A DNA stretch of 64,000 nt from an uncultured cyanobacterium (lineage in GTDB: Bacteria; Cyanobacteriota; Cyanobacteriia; Cyanobacteriales; CAWUOF01), in NCBI GenBank assembly GCA_963744145.1, contig CAVUSO010000001.1, forward strand, positions 3,264,001 to 3,328,000, in the 5' to 3' direction. Within the stretch, counting starts at the first letter, position 1. Each line of letters opens with the position of its first letter. Below the pieces are notes generated by a model. That model worked only from the letters and a program-made list of their open reading frames with translations, did not search any database and was not told the DNA's origin. A program made the position numbers and the translations under genes. Positions 63,703-64,000 of the stretch are shown in pieces.

Positions 63703-64000
63703 TTAGCTAACCCGATTCAACAGAAACACAATGTACTGATTCAAACTAACGTTTTCTCTTTCAGCTTCTTCAACTAAACGACGATGTAGTGATTTTGGCA
63801 TCTGCAAAAGCACTTTACCAGTGTAGCTGTCTTGAATAATGGGTAAAGGAATATCATCCCCAGATTCATAAGCAGTTTCAATCCACAACTCTCTTGCTTC
63901 ATTGATATTGATTACTGTTTCATCCAGGGTTTCACCTTGAGTTAGACATCCGGGTAATTCTTTAATTTGGGCTACATATCCCCCTGCTGGATCAGAGTAA
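63703..64000 (-). CDS. hicB: HicB family antitoxin (5' end outside the window)
   Basis: GGYVAQIKELPGCLTQGET...WIETAYESGDDIPLP...GKVLLQMPKSLHRRL..EAERENVSLNQY. Confidence 0.9.
   Translation of the reverse strand, partial: YSDPAGGYVAQIKELPGCLTQGETLDETVININEARELWIETAYESGDDIPLPIIQDSYTGKVLLQMPKSLHRRLVEEAERENVSLNQYIVFLLNRVS

Noticed and set aside
1..64000. Frequent GCGATCGC as a novel repeat
   Set aside because: This is the well-known cyanobacterial HIP1 octamer.

Overview
Cyanobacterial chromosome segment (low GC, very frequent HIP1 octamer GCGATCGC). Housekeeping blocks include mgtA, cbpA/cbpM, ppk2, desC, ppx, plqA/ubiA, wecB, tRNA-Val, mazG and the coxBAC / ctaA / ctaB cytochrome oxidase cluster. 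They are interleaved with a decaying accessory layer: an IS200/IS605 element (tnpA plus divergent tnpB), an ISAs1 element with a 10-bp TSD, Tn3 remnants, many Uma2 nuclease copies and fragments, GTAG-type REP/REPIN repeats, several toxin-antitoxin pairs, an integron attC site and at least ten frameshifted or nonsense-interrupted genes. The most striking unexplained signal is at the 3' ends of two GUN4-domain genes 31 kb apart. Each has a G/T-skewed, non-alignable variable tip after the HLP motif, followed by a shared ~77-bp element that extends ~50 bp past the stop codon. The element is read in different frames in the two genes, has stops in all three frames in the first copy, and carries an antisense sigma70-like promoter aimed at the variable tip. 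This is a candidate undescribed indel-type diversification system; no reverse transcriptase is visible in the window. Also notable: a non-autonomous IS605 derivative that keeps a TnpB omegaRNA-like module, a 7-kb transposase-less cargo element bracketed by Uma2 genes, and a self-nesting 24-bp mini-element. All functional calls come from motif recognition by eye; no database searches were run.
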